NCBI RefSeq assembly: GCF_009914755.1
Contig: NC_060936.1
DNA: 64,000 bases
From: the human T2T-CHM13v2.0 reference genome, Homo sapiens
Strand: one strand, 5' to 3'
Shown: positions 11,161-25,803 of the stretch, one piece after another
How positions within the stretch are numbered: the first letter of the stretch is position 1
Layout of the letters: each line of letters opens with the position of its first letter
The notes under the pieces: model-generated
Told to the model about the DNA's origin: nothing
The model's database searches: none
The model's input: only the letters and a program-made list of their open reading frames with translations
Program-made: the position numbers and the translations under genes

Positions 11161-11457
11161 TCTCTGCAGGACATCACCCCAGTATTCAAAGATTTGCCAC
11201 AGATGAAATTTCACAGATAATTACAGCTCACAGTCAAAGTCACAAAACACGTGAAAATAAAGCATAATGAGTAAGAGTCAGCAGAAACAAGCCCACAAAG
11301 GATTCAGATATTTAAATTCTCAGATATAATATAAAGTAACTAATTTTAATAGGTTTAAGGAAATTAAAGAGAAGTTCCAAAAATGGGCAGGTAACAAGAG
11401 ACTATATAGATCACCAAGAAGACTCAGAAAAGAACCAGAAGGGATTTCTAGAAATAA

Positions 11458-11771
<314 letters not shown>

Positions 11772-12166
11772 AGGGTTGAATCTAAAAACTCAGTGGGTAG
11801 ATTAAACAGCAGATTAGACATAGCTGAGGAAAAAATTAGTAAGCTGGAAGCTAGAGCAGAAAAAATTGTCTAGAATGTAGACCAAAAAGACAAAGCCAAG
11901 GAAATATGAAAGGTTAAGGAGTACAGAGGAGAAAGTAAGAAAATTGAATTGTTCATAGAGTTCTAGAAGGATATGGAAAAATAGGGAAGAGCTAATATTC
12001 AAAAAAACAATAACTCAGATATTTCCAAAACTGTGGAAAACACGAATCTTGAGCTGCGGGAAGCACAGTGAATCCAAAAAAATGAATAAAGAGAAATTCA
12101 AATCTAGGAACATCATAAGAAACAAAACACCAAAGAAAAAAGAGAAGACTGAAAGCTACTAAGGAG

Positions 12167-12481
<315 letters not shown>

Positions 12482-13118
12482 CTACTAAGGAGAAAGATCA
12501 CCTACAAAGGAATGGTGAATAGACTATGGCTGACTTCTGACTTCTCAACAGCAATAATGGGGCCACATGAGAGAAGGATATAGCAGTATCTTCAAGGTGC
12601 TAAAAGAAAATGACTGTGAACCTAGAATTTTGTATCTAGTGCGACTATATTTCAATAATGAGAGCATAACAAAAATATGTTCTAATAAAAATTGAGAGCA
12701 TTTACAACTAACAGATATTAAAGAAAATTCTCAAGAATTTTTGGAATTTTTATTAAAGAAAATTTTAAATAATTTAAGCAGAAGGAAAATGATCTTAGAT
12801 TGGCCATCTGACATGCAAGAAGCAATGATGAATATCTTTATTCTAAGATCATCTTCCTTCTGCTTAAAAATAATAATTACTGTTTTAAACAGTTAATATT
12901 GGTTAGCATTTACCTAACCAGTATTTATGTGTGGTGAGGAAAGGCTAGAACTAAAAGAATAGATATTAAAATCATCTGGGTTGTACAGATTGGTGTTAAA
13001 GTATTCTAAAATTTTTGTATTGTTTAGGAGGCAGGTGCAGGTATTGATTAACTACAGACTTTATTAGGGTAAGAATGAATATAAAAATAGCTAGGAAAAT
13101 CATCACAAATAGATGTAG

Positions 13119-13423
<305 letters not shown>

Positions 13424-14015
13424 TCAAACCAAGTAAAGGGGAACAAAAGAGGTCAATAAAAGTAAATTTAAAGAAAAATAGAAAAATAGAGACCCAGCAC
13501 TTAAGATGGTGGTAGCAATAAATCAAAATATGTCAATAAATACAATAAATTGTAATTAAGTAAATGTTCTATTAAAGAATGGAGATAGATAGGGTTTTTA
13601 AAATTTCAGTTACATGTTATTAACTCAATTAACCAGGAAGCTAAAATAATTCCAAATTTGTATACATTTAATAACACCGTCTTAAAAGTATGGGGCAAAG
13701 TGACAGTATGATAAGAGGAGAAATTCAATATTATAGTGAGCGATTTTAACACACAACTCTAGAGAAGTGACAGATTAAGGGAACAAAAAATGAATGAGGA
13801 TAGAAAAGACAATTAACAAGCTTGATTTAATGTTCATGTAAGGAACGTAACATACAACAATTAGAGAATATTCTTTTCAAACCCTACACGGAATGTTTAT
13901 AAATGTTTATGAAAATTGGCCACAGGTTCGACCATAAAGCTAGTCTCAACAAATTTAAAGGATTGCTTTCATCCTGATTGTATCCTTAGACCCCAATTTA
14001 CCTAAAAAGAAATAA

Positions 14016-14380
14016 TGTCAAACAGGATAGGCTAGATGATGCTGTGGTAATAACATCAAAACTTGAGTAGCTTGATTGACACAACGGAGGTTTATACGTT
14101 GCTCAACATGCAGACAGCCCTCCAGGGCAGCTGCTCTCCACCTGGGCCTCAGTGTTGTAGCCTAGTCTGAACTGCTGGCACTTGCATGTCAACATGTATT
14201 TCCCCAATCCCTGTGGAAAGGGAAAGAGCATGGAAGATCGCATGCTGCAGTGAAAGCATTTAATTGTATGTATTTAATTGATCAGAGTAAGTCACTTAGC
14301 CATAACTAACTTCAGGGGTCAGTGAGTAACCCTTTCATAGGTCCAGGAAGGGAGAACTGGAAATACTGATGAACATCACA
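14016..14380. mobile_element. MLT1 (MaLR) LTR
   Basis: CAGGATAGGCTAG..ATGCTGTGGTAA, typical of the end of an old MLT1. Confidence 0.6.
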
Positions 14381-14554
14381 ATAGTCAATAATAAAGAGTC
14401 CAGGAAAAACCTTTTCCAACCAGAAATTTTAAATGTATTTCTGAAGAATAAACCATAGACTAAAAGAGAAAATATTCAGAACATAATAATAACAATGCTG
14501 TATATTGAAATTTATGGATGCAACTAAAATTGTACTTAGAGGGATGTGTATAAT

Positions 14555-15040
14555 ACTAATACTTGCTTAGCATTTACTATGTGGTGGACATTGTTTTATG
14601 TACTCTACATGTGTTACTCATTTAAGTTTTCTGTTTTGAAATGGGGTCTCGCTCTGTTACCTGGGCTGGAGTGCAGTGATCATAGCTCATAGCAACCTCA
14701 ACCTTCCAGGCTCAAATAATCTTCCCACCTCAGCCTCTACAGTCATGTGCCACCATACCTGGCTAATTTTTGTATTTTTGTAGGGACAGAGTTTCGCCAT
14801 GTTGCCCAGGCTGGTCTTCAGCTTCTGAGCTCAAGTGATCCACCCACCTAAGCCTCCAAAAGTGCTGGGACCACTGGCATGAGCCACCGCACCCAGCCTT
14901 AATTTTCATAACAACCCTTGAGGCAAGTACAAATGAGGAAACTGAAGCGCACACACACAAAAAAACTAACTGAAGTCACACAGCTAGAAGTAGCAGAGCT
15001 AGGAATTGGACTCAGGAAATCAGGCTTTAGAGTCCATGTG
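14555..15040 (-). mobile_element. MIR split by a reverse AluJ (14626-14898)
   Basis: MIR core AAATGAGGAAACTGAAGC; Alu consensus in the middle. Confidence 0.8.
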
Positions 15041-15117
15041 CTATAGTTGCGAATGTTTACATTAATTTTTTTTAAAGCTCAAAATTAATGTGCTAAGCAT
15101 CCTATTTAAAAAGTTAG

Positions 15118-15537
<420 letters not shown>

Positions 15538-15719
15538 TTAATGTTTTTAACTGTCATCCAGAACTCCAAGGTTCATTCTAGCCTTGTTTTCTTGCTTTTC
15601 TGTAACCTCCCTCTCCAATAGTGAAAACTTGCTTCTGCCACCCATGTTTCATAAATCAATATTCATGACAAATAAATAAATATCAGTTAGTGACTGAATG
15701 AGTAAATGAGTAGGGGAGA

Positions 15720-16580
15720 TTAGTTAGATAAATCCCCTCTATAAGAGAATTCCAAATAGCTTACATAGATACCACCCACTCAAGGAGGTGAAGCATCATT
15801 CCCTACTCATTCAGTGTGGTGTGCATGTTATTATTTCCTTTTACAAGCACAGTATGGAAAAGGGTGAGAAATGTAACTTTACAGTGAGGAGAACTAGCAA
15901 ACACTACCTCAGCCAGGTGGTCAAGGTGAACATTATTGGTGATAAGTTAATATTAATAGCATATACCTTTGATAGGATATGATGAAAATGACAGTCTACC
16001 TCTATGGTCTTCTTCCCTAAAACACATACTTCCTGTGTAACTATGAAACAAAGAGATCAGACAAACCCAAGTCGAAGGACATTCTAAAAAATACCTGACC
16101 AGTCCTCCTCAAAACTGTCAAGATCATCAAAAACTTGGGAAGTTTGAGAAACCATCATAGTCTAGAGGAGCCAAAGGAGACATGATGGCTAATGTAATGT
16201 GGTGTCCTGGATGGGATCCTAAAACAGGAAAGCCAAAGAAATGCAAATAAACCAGGGACCTCAGAAAATAATCATATAGCAATATTTGGTCATTAGTTGT
16301 CACAAATGCACCATCATAATGTAAGATGTTAATAACAGGGGAAACTAGGTGTGAAGTGTATATAAGAACTCTCTTTAATACTCATGCAACTTTTTTTTTT
16401 TTAAAAAAAAACAGTGTCTTTCTATGTTGCCCAGGCTGATCTCAAACTCCTGGGCTCACACAGTCCACCTACTTTGGCTTCCCAAAGTGCTGGGATTCCA
16501 GGCATGAGCCAGCAGTTGAGGCATGGCCTCAACTTTTCTATAAATCTTAAACTACTCTAAAATGAAAATTTATTGAATGT
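15720..16580 (+). mobile_element. L1MB/L1MC-type 3' region with a reverse FLAM at 16391-16511
   Basis: CTACCTCAGCCAGGTGGTCAAGGTGAACAT, GTCCTCCTCAAAACTGTCAAG and GATGTTAATAACAGGGGAAACT motifs. Confidence 0.65.
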
Positions 16581-16682
16581 TTTAAAAGGGGTATTTCTTA
16601 AGCGAGAAAGAAAAGGGGTAAACTAAATGACTAACCAATTTGACTATGTCACAGTGGAGAATCTCTGCTATAAAAAGACAAT

Positions 16683-16996
16683 GGCCAGGTGCGGTGGCTC
16701 ACGCCTATAATCCCAACAGTTTGGGAGGCCGGGGCAGGTGGATCACTTGAAGTCAGGAGTTTGAGACCAGCCTTGCCAACACGGCGAAATCCCATCTTTA
16801 TTAAAAATACCAAAATAAGCCTGGCATGGTAGCAGGCACCTGTAAATCCCAGATATTCACAAGGCTGAGGCAGGAGAATCGTTTGAACCGGGAGGCAGAG
16901 GTTTCAGTGAGCTGAGATCGTGACCGCAACACTGCACTCCAGCCTGGGTGACAGAGTGAGTGAGACTTCGTCTCAAAAAAAAAAAAAAAAAAAAAA
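16683..16996 (+). mobile_element. Alu (S-like)
   Basis: TSD AAAAAGACAA. Confidence 0.92.
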
Positions 16997-18175
16997 GACA
17001 ACAAAATAGTGAAAAGACAAGCCAAAGAGTGGAACAAGATAATTGCCGCATGGTTAACCAACAACAGATCAATATCAAAGATATATAAAGGATGGCTATG
17101 AGACAATCATAAAAATGTAAACTATTACATAGAAAGATGAGCAGAAGATTTGAGTAGGCATTTCACAGTAAAGGAAACACAAATTATCCGTAAACATATG
17201 AGGGGAAAAAGTCCTCATTAGTAATCAGGGAAATGCAAATTAAAACCACAATAAGATATCATTTCACATCTCCCAAGTTGAAAGGTCAGTCAACTCAAGT
17301 TTTACCAGAGACGTGGGGCAGTTGTAACTCTCATCTGGTGGGTCAGTTGGACCCACCATAAAGAACAGCTGATCTCTACCTAGGGAAGTTTAATGTGCTC
17401 AGACCTTATAATCCAGCAATTTCACTCCGAATTATGTACTCCAGAGAAACTGTTGTTCACATGCACCAAGAGACAGGTACAAAACATTCACTTAAAAATT
17501 GTTTATAATAGCCAAAAAACTTAAAAATATATTCGTCAATGGAATAATGAATAGATAAATTGTGGCATGTTCCAAAATGGAATACTATATAGCAGTAGAA
17601 AATGAAATAACTACAACAACTCACATCCACATGGGTGAGTCTCACAAACATAAAACTGAGAAAAGAGGTAAGTGATGGACTATATACAGAATGGTTTCAT
17701 TTATTTAATGTTTAAAACAGGAAAGATGAGAGAGTCTAGTATTTAGGGATACAAATATATCATTATCTCCTGAGCCAAAATAGTGTTCAGTGCTATAAGA
17801 AAGTAATGATTTCCAAATATTCTCAAACATGATTTTGCTATTCTTCACATGCATCCCCAGAGACCATAGACAGTTTTAGGGCTGGATAAGTACAAGTTCA
17901 AAGACACTGAGGAAATTTACTAGTCTAAAACTCAATCACACAGATGGCAAAAGTATAAAGAGGATGATTAATACAAAGCTTAGGATAATGGTGAGCTGTT
18001 GGAGGAGAAAATGCAGGGCGCTTCTGATGTACTGGTGTGCTCCCTTTCTTAATCTAGGTACATGGGTTTTCATTGCAGTATCGTATTCATATTTAACTGT
18101 GTGTGCAATCATAGTATACCTGTTTGTGTATCATGTGTGTGCCTCAATATTCAATGATAACAAACTTGCTAAATA
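16997..18175 (+). mobile_element. L1ME-type ORF2 3' end / 3' UTR remnants
   Basis: GGGAAATGCAAATTAAAACCACAAT, CCAGCAATTTCACTCC, GGAATACTATATAGCAG. Confidence 0.75.
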
Positions 18176-18799
18176 AATGTTATACTGAGGAGCCAGCCAT
18201 ATAGACAGATATCTGATGGCAGGTGTGAACTGGGAACAATTAATATGCAGTATCCCTTTCCCATGTCTTCTCACTAAGGTTGACTTGATTATCCAGTCCA
18301 CCCAATTTATTGTTTTAAGTTTTTATTTAAAGGTCTTTTCACTTTTTATCTGGTTATTCCAGGTAATTGTCCGCATGGGCCTCTGTGTTGTCATGCTCTG
18401 GCCTTCCTGGCCATTCCTAGATTCATGCTTCCTCCAGAGGCTGCACAATCACATCTGCTCTGCTGTGTTCCCACCCGGACTGCATTTGCTGATGCCTGGA
18501 CCTCTCTCTGGGTTCCCAGGCCTCGGGCTCTACTTTTCAAATCTGTCCTGTCATCCAAGGCTGAAGCTATCCGTGTTTCATGTGAACTCCTGGTGGCCTC
18601 CTCTCGTGGGAATCTTGCCCACTCACAAGCACCCGAGTCTTCTTATTGCTCTGCTGTTTGTGTTCTTTTCATCTCAAGACAAGAAAAAAAATTCAGTTCA
18701 GAAGCCTACTTCCAGACCTAGGATAAAAAGATTCCTTTTCCCTACATTACCTTCAAATTTAACAAGTTAAGTATCAATGTTTTGCCTCCACATTTTTGG

Positions 18800-19055
18800 C
18801 AGTATAAGGTAATAATGAAGATCTATGATTCTGGACTCAAACTGACCTAGGTTTAAATCTTAGGCCTGCCATTTAACAACTATAGAACTTGAGCTAGTTA
18901 TTAAGCCACTTGAATCTCCAACTTTACCTCTGTATAATAGAGATAATTTTTTTCTACCTCATAGAGGTGTCATAAAGATTAAATTAAATAATGCACAAAA
19001 AGCACTTAGAAGTTTGCCTGAAGCATAGAAAGCACTCAATACATTACTTATTACT
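18800..19055 (+). mobile_element. MIR
   Basis: MIR core and 3' end motifs. Confidence 0.7.
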
Positions 19056-19979
19056 TTTTAAAATCTTAATTATTACGAATTTGCTTCAGGAGCTGAGTTC
19101 TCCCTCATAGTGAAATGATTTCTTGTTAACTTTCCTAGCATGAAATGGTCCTTTACCCAGATTTCTTACCCTCATACTGTCACTTCCACTGGTTTGAATA
19201 AAAAATGAGAGTCCAGGAAGTTAACCTAAAATCTACCGAGGCAGATGAGAAGCCCGTCCAGGTGCTGAAAGGCTGCTGAACAGTCAGAATATTCGATACC
19301 CTTTTTCAGTGATTCCTCACAGTCCCACATTCTTCTGCTAGTCCTGAGGGTCTTCCCAATTGCTTATTTCAGTTCCTTTTAGGAGGCCCATGCCCATTCA
19401 CTTAGGTCCTTCAGTGAGCATAAGGAATGACTGGCCTTTATCTTTAACTCCGTGATAATGGCTGAAAACTCTCAGTCTCCCTTGCTCTTCTCTTACCCCC
19501 ACAGAGGACTCTTAATTTGTTTGTTCTCTTTCCTCTTTTTCTGTCATTCAGCCATACTGACTAGGGAACTTATGTAATAAAAAAGCCAATAGTCAAGAAG
19601 CAGATTGGCATTAAAATATTTAAAACTTACAAAAACAGTTATCTACATAAATAGCCTTTTATAAAGTTTTGAAATAACCTTTGACTACCCAGGCATGTTT
19701 TGTGATTCAAAATTTAAAAAATCAAAAAGAAAAAAAAAGACAATACTCTCCCATCTGCTAGAAGAAGTCTGCAATTTGGCTTCAGAGCTTTACTCTGTTA
19801 GAACAGAAATTCCTTCAAGAGGATACGAACATTTGGAGAGGGATAATACTGCTGACCCTGGTTTGGCAAATGGTGTTCCACAGCATACTAGCTCTATGGG
19901 ATGTTAATAAATATTTTTATAGCAGAAAAAAAGTTATATGATCAAAAACATTGGGAAATGTTATTATAGAGAAAGTAAA

Positions 19980-20400
19980 TACCTTGCGGTAGCCCACGAG
20001 GTCCTGTTTGATTTCGCCCCTTCCTACCTCTCAGGTCTCACCAAACATGCAAAAGTTTATTTGAGCTTCAGCACCTTTGCATATGCCAGTCCCGTCGCCC
20101 AGGATGCTCTTCCCAGATCTTCACATAACTGGCCTCCTCGTCATTCAGGTTTCTGGTCAAATGTCGCATCCCAGAGAGGGTCTTTCCTCCCCACTCCATC
20201 TAAGGTAGACACCCTTACCACATCACTCTTTATGGCAGTCTTTATCACTATTTGAAACTGTGAGTTTTAATTGTGCATTATCCGCTCTTCCAATTAAAAT
20301 TAAAAACCATGTCGATCTCATTTATTGCCATCAGTCTAGTGTCTAGAATAACCCCGGCACACTGTAGGAACTCCATAAATATTTGAATGAATGGATGAAC
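19980..20400 (+). mobile_element. L2 3' end
   Basis: Ends ...CCATAAATATTTGAATGAATGGATGAA. Confidence 0.7.
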
Positions 20401-20813
20401 CAATATCAAGTAGATTTCTTCAACACAGGACTTCTCAGGGTCTTCCATGAGCAAATCTGTATCGGAACCTTCAAGCAAGAGACATAGTATGTGGGGTTTT
20501 CCAAACCTATTGGAACTATTCCTTGAAGCATCAAGTGGGAAATTTTTCCATTGCTCATACTTTTGGAGACTCTGCTTTAGGTTTTATGCATGACTTTGTA
20601 CCTAAATGAATTTTAGATTCTGTCTGAAAGCTAGTTTAGAGAATTAGAGAGTCGGGAGGACCCAGGAGGCTATAAACAGAGCAAAGATATATAGATAATG
20701 AGAGTGGGAATGGAAAAGATCCTATAAGTAAGTAGTAATAAGTAGATGGAGACTTTTACCTAAGATTGCCCCAATATCTAGATGAGTAGATCTCTCTTAG
20801 GCTATGTCTCTGA

Positions 20814-21100
20814 GGCTGGACACAGTGGCTCACACCTGTAACCCCAGGACTTTGGGAGGCCAAGGCAGGTGGGTTGCTTGAACTCAGGAGTTCGAGACCA
20901 GCCTGGACAATATAGTGGGACACTATCTCTACGAAAAATACAGAAATTAGCCGGGCATGGTGGTGCACACCTGTAGTCCCAGCTACCCAGGAGGCTGAGG
21001 TGGGAGGATCACTTGAGCCCAAGGGGTAAAGGCTGCAGTGAGCTGTATTCACACCACTGTACACCAGCCTGGGCAACAGAGCAAGACCCTGTCTCAAAAA
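20814..21100 (+). mobile_element. Alu (J-like)
   Basis: Alu consensus. Confidence 0.92.
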
Positions 21101-22503
21101 GGATATGTCTTTGACTTAAGGTCTTTCTCAGTCCAGTTGTACCTAGCATTAGACCCACTTGCTTCTGCTGAAGTTTTATTTATAAACAGAAAAGTTACCA
21201 CCCTCAACAAGGGCTTAAATCAGGACAGACTGAGAACGTGCTAAGGAGGTTGTTGTGTCCACTTTACCTTCTGTGGGGGAGTTACTGATATGTCTTTGCA
21301 AATATGTCTTTTTAAATGTCTTAACTGCTTTTACCTGGGCAGGAGAAAGGTGAACTGGGAATTGAGAAAGGCTCGTGGGCTGGAGGGAGAGGAAGCTGCT
21401 ATCTTGGGGAAGTTAAAATAACATTTCATCTTTGTCTTGGATGAACTGTAAACAGGTTCAATACTTTAATTTGCTTGAAAAATAGTTTTTCTAAATGCTT
21501 CTAAATTGGCTTAATAGTTCAGAGGAGAGAACATGATCTTTGCGGAAATAAGTCTCCAATTAAACCATGTACTAGCTGCGGAGGTATTATGATTGAGTTT
21601 AAAATGCAGGCACCATATTTTTTTTTTTTTTAGAAAAAGATGTAAGAAACTATCAACAATGACAGGCTTTAGAGAGAGAAACTTGGGTCAGGTGAGGGAT
21701 GTGTTGAGGGAGATGTTTACTTTTCATCTTATCTTTCTGTTTCATTTGGCTTTTTACCATATACACATATTACTTTTTTAAAAATGTTAATGCATGAAAA
21801 GAATGTACTTCCCTATGTAGGTCACCCATCTCCATTTTCGTACCTGGGTCTAGGGTAGGAAGAAGCAGAAACTGGAAACATGAGAAAAGAACCAGCAAGG
21901 GTCAGCTCGGAACTCCACCAAGAGGGGCTACACATGGGGCCCAGCTGGGCCACGGGTTGGTGCTACTTGCCTTATCTGAAGGAGTGCGTCTAGCCATGCC
22001 TTATTACTAAAGAAAGAGAAGGATTGTATTAATGGGATCATTGCCCCTACTCCTCAGTTGATGGCATAAAGGCAAGAAATCTAATAACCTATTATCAAAA
22101 TGTATGATTTTTCCAAAAAGAAAAGAGTTGGAATTTTCTCATCCCCATCAAAACCTTGGTGCTAAACTCAGGGATCTTGCCTGGTTCATATCTGTCTGAA
22201 ACTGAAAACATTCCCACACCTCCAGAATTTGTCCTTCGTGGCCTGTCCTATTGTCATCTGCCCTGCAAGAGAAGGAATGACCACTGGGCTTACCTACTGA
22301 GGACAAACCTCTTGAATTGGCTCTTTTGAATCAATCATGCACTTTGCTGGGAAACAAAGGTATAAAACATTAGTTCTTGGGAGTAGTACTACCTCTGGGA
22401 GTGGTGAGTAATAAGTGCAGAGTCTGAAACTTTTTCAAATCAAGTTTGAAGAGGAAGAAAGAGGAGGAGGAGGAGGAGGAAGCAGCTTAAGAAAATGGAT
22501 TGA

Positions 22504-22887
<384 letters not shown>

Positions 22888-22919
22888 TCAGGTCCTTATC
22901 ATTATGTCTTTGTAGCCTC

Positions 22920-23016
22920 TTCCTCTTCCTCTTCTGTTCCTTTCTTGATTCCTTCCTTGATTCCTTCCTTCCTTCCTTCCTTCCTTCCTTCCTTCCCTCT
23001 TTCCTTCCTTTCTTTC
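22920..23016. repeat. (CCTT)n repeat
   Basis: Visible. Confidence 0.9.
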
Positions 23017-23239
23017 AATAGATGTTTACTGAATACCTACTAAGTGATGGGCATTGGTGCAATAGAAGATACAAAGATGAGTAACATACAGTGCCTACTC
23101 TCAAATACCTCATTAATACATCATAAGAGGTCTAGTCAAGAGTCAGTAAAGCTCTAGGACAGCTGTTGATTCTGAGTGAAGAGACCAAGATGGTGTCATG
23201 GAGAAGTTAACATTTGAACTAAAGAGAGAAAGTGAAATA

Positions 23240-23772
23240 AGTAGATTTTAGGATGGCCCCATGACCTTCACCCCCTGGTCTTACTCCCATGATTATATGG
23301 TAAATGGAGATAATCCAGGTGGGTCTGATCTAATCACATGAGCCCTGTAAAACCAGGGCATTGTATCTGGCTGGTGATAGAAGAATAAGTGAGAGACTTG
23401 AGGCATGAGAAGGGCTTGATATGCCATTGCTGACTTGAAGATGGAGGGACCACAGGAGAAGCAATGCAGATGGCTTTACAGACTCAAGAGAGACCCCAGT
23501 GACAGCCAGCTGAGAAATAGGAACCTCAGGCCTGCAGCCACTGGAACTGAATTCTGCCAACAGCCTGAATGAACTTGGAAGCAGATTCTTTCCCAGAGCC
23601 TCCAGAAAGAGGCTACCCAGGCGACACATGAATTTTGGGCTTATGAGACTCCAGACAGATAACCTAGCAGGGGTCACCTGGACTTCTGGCCTACAGAGCA
23701 GTGACTAATACATGGATGCTATTTATCATTAGGCTGTGGCACTTATTATACGGCACTAGAAAACTAATGCAA
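23240..23772 (+). mobile_element. MLT1D/E-like MaLR LTR
   Basis: TAATCCAGGTGGG..CTAATCACATGAGCCC; GGAACTGAATTCTGCCAACAGCCTGAATGAACTTGGAAG. Confidence 0.8.
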
Positions 23773-24424
23773 ACAGTTTTCTATTCAGAGGGAAGAGCAT
23801 GAGCATGATGATATGGAGCACTCAGAGACTTTAGGGGAGAGCAAGGGGCTCAGTATCTTCAGATATATCAGTGGGAAAGGAGTGGCATGGAGAGTCTGCA
23901 AAGCTGTTTGAGCCAGAGTGGGAAGTCATTTATTTTCATGCGTGTTAGGGAGTTGGGCTTTATCCTTGAGCACCATGTTCTACCTCCCCTTCCTCTTGGA
24001 AGCTACATCACCTCCTGCCTGGCATGGAAATATCATCTGTCTTTCTTTTCTTTTTTTCCTTTCTGTTTATATCTACCTGTATCATCTTGCCCTTCACTCT
24101 TTGCACTGTTCCCCTTGAGGTAAGAGAATCCCCAGGAGCCCTGCCTGCCAATGTGGCAAGACATAGCTATGGTGGGAAGACAGCTGTGCAGTCATGGCAA
24201 AGGCAATGTCCTCCTGCCCAAGTCCACCAGCATCCACCACCAGCTCTCCTCTCCACAGAGGGACTGGCTGATGAGGAGAGAGAGTGGAATCAATGTCTAC
24301 AAATGGGAGGAATGGAGTGGACCAGAGCCTGGATGTCTCATTTAGACAGCAATGGTAGTGAAACTCTGAGCACTGACACAAGGATCCCAGCAAGTGCTGT
24401 TTGGAAAGTGAAGGAGGCGAGACG

Positions 24425-24910
24425 TATCCAACAAGGCCCTAGCAGAAAATACAATTCACCCCAGAGGGGTCAAATGAAGAGACCTTGAAGAAAAGTCAAT
24501 TGATAGAGGTGTAGGCAAGGTTAAGGGAATGAAAATGGACTGTAGGAATATTAGGAAATCATTACCACCTTGATCTCAATGGCCCAAGGGATAAGGAAAG
24601 AAATAGCAACCAGAGCCCAGAGAGAGCTGGAAGCATGGAGAATGGGACTCCTGGCAGGAACTGCAGTCACTGCACAGAGACTTGGCCCTGGAGCAAGGAG
24701 AAGGAGGGAGAAATACTTGGCCTCCCTCTCCTCTGGCCCTCAGATCCCCTGAAAGTGCCTCCCCTGCTGGACCCTGTCTGAAGCCCTTCAGTGAGGGAGT
24801 CCATGGGGGCATAGTCCAGACAGCCAGCCTTCTGGGACACAGAACAGGACAGAGAAAGGTGAGAATGGATCCGAGTGGGAGGTGGGATTGAGGAACAGAG
24901 AATAACCCGA
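24425..24910. mobile_element. Old MLT1 LTR
   Basis: CAGCCTTCTGGGACACAGAACAGG...GAATGGATC, an MLT1 terminal motif. Confidence 0.6.
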
Positions 24911-25767
24911 GGTAAGGGAACCAAGAGGTTCATTGGCTTTGCCATGATGTTGACTTTGCCATGACCTGAGCCATGTATGAACTCAAACAAGACCACTTTT
25001 GACCCTGGCACTGTTGCTATGGCTATACCCTTGCCAGTGGCACCCAAAAAAGGAATGATCTGAAAGAGGAAAGGCTCCCATGACAGCGAAGCTCATATCT
25101 TGGCCCTTTAGTTCAGGGATGCTCTATGAGTACAGCCACCTCCCATGACAGGAGAAGGTTTGGAGGAATAAATGAGGGTATCATATGTCATTGTGGGAGC
25201 TTCTGGCCAAGGGACATTAGGGGCTTCCCAGAGATCGGAGTCTGAACTATTCAGGATGTATATGTTCAGAGTGGTGGGAAACCATGCTTGGAATTGTGGG
25301 CTGGACTGACCATTTCTGCCTGGTCTGTAAAGCTGTGTTTTGGAAAGAGAAGGGCAGCAAAGAGATCACAAAAGGGAAGGATGTGGTTACGCCCTTCTTT
25401 AAGAGCACAGCTTGTTATCTTTGGGGTCAAGAAAATTATAGGGGATTGATAAATTTACTAGAACAGCAAGAATCACACTGGGTTTTTTCCAGCTTTAAAT
25501 AAGGACATTCTTTTCCCAAAATATCTTCCTTAGGCTTAGAAGAATCCTAGGAAAGTTTCTGACCAACCCAGACGTAGTCCAGAGAGCCAGCCTCCTGGGA
25601 CACAGAACAGGACAGAGAAAGGTGAGAATGGATCCGAGTGGGAGATGGGAGTGAGGAACAGAGAATAACCTGAGGTAAGGGAACCAAGAGGCTCATTGGC
25701 CTTGCCACGATGTGCCACAACCTGGGCCACATATGGACTCAACCAAGACCACCTTTGACCCTGGCAC
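24812..25767 (+). repeat. Dispersed direct repeat of ~200 bp (24812-25011 and 25575-25767)
   Basis: The copies align by eye with scattered substitutions and one 7-nt indel. Confidence 0.92.
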
Positions 25768-25803
25768 CAGATCAAAAGTGGTCTTGGTTGAGTCCATACA
25801 TGG
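25727..25803. repeat. Inverted repeat, 32-bp arms with a 21-bp perfect core
   Basis: TATGGACTCAACCAAGACCAC (25732-25752) pairs with GTGGTCTTGGTTGAGTCCATA (25778-25798). Confidence 0.93.

Noticed and set aside
18216-18770. 184-aa ORF
   Set aside because: No family resemblance or supporting gene structure; compatible with chance
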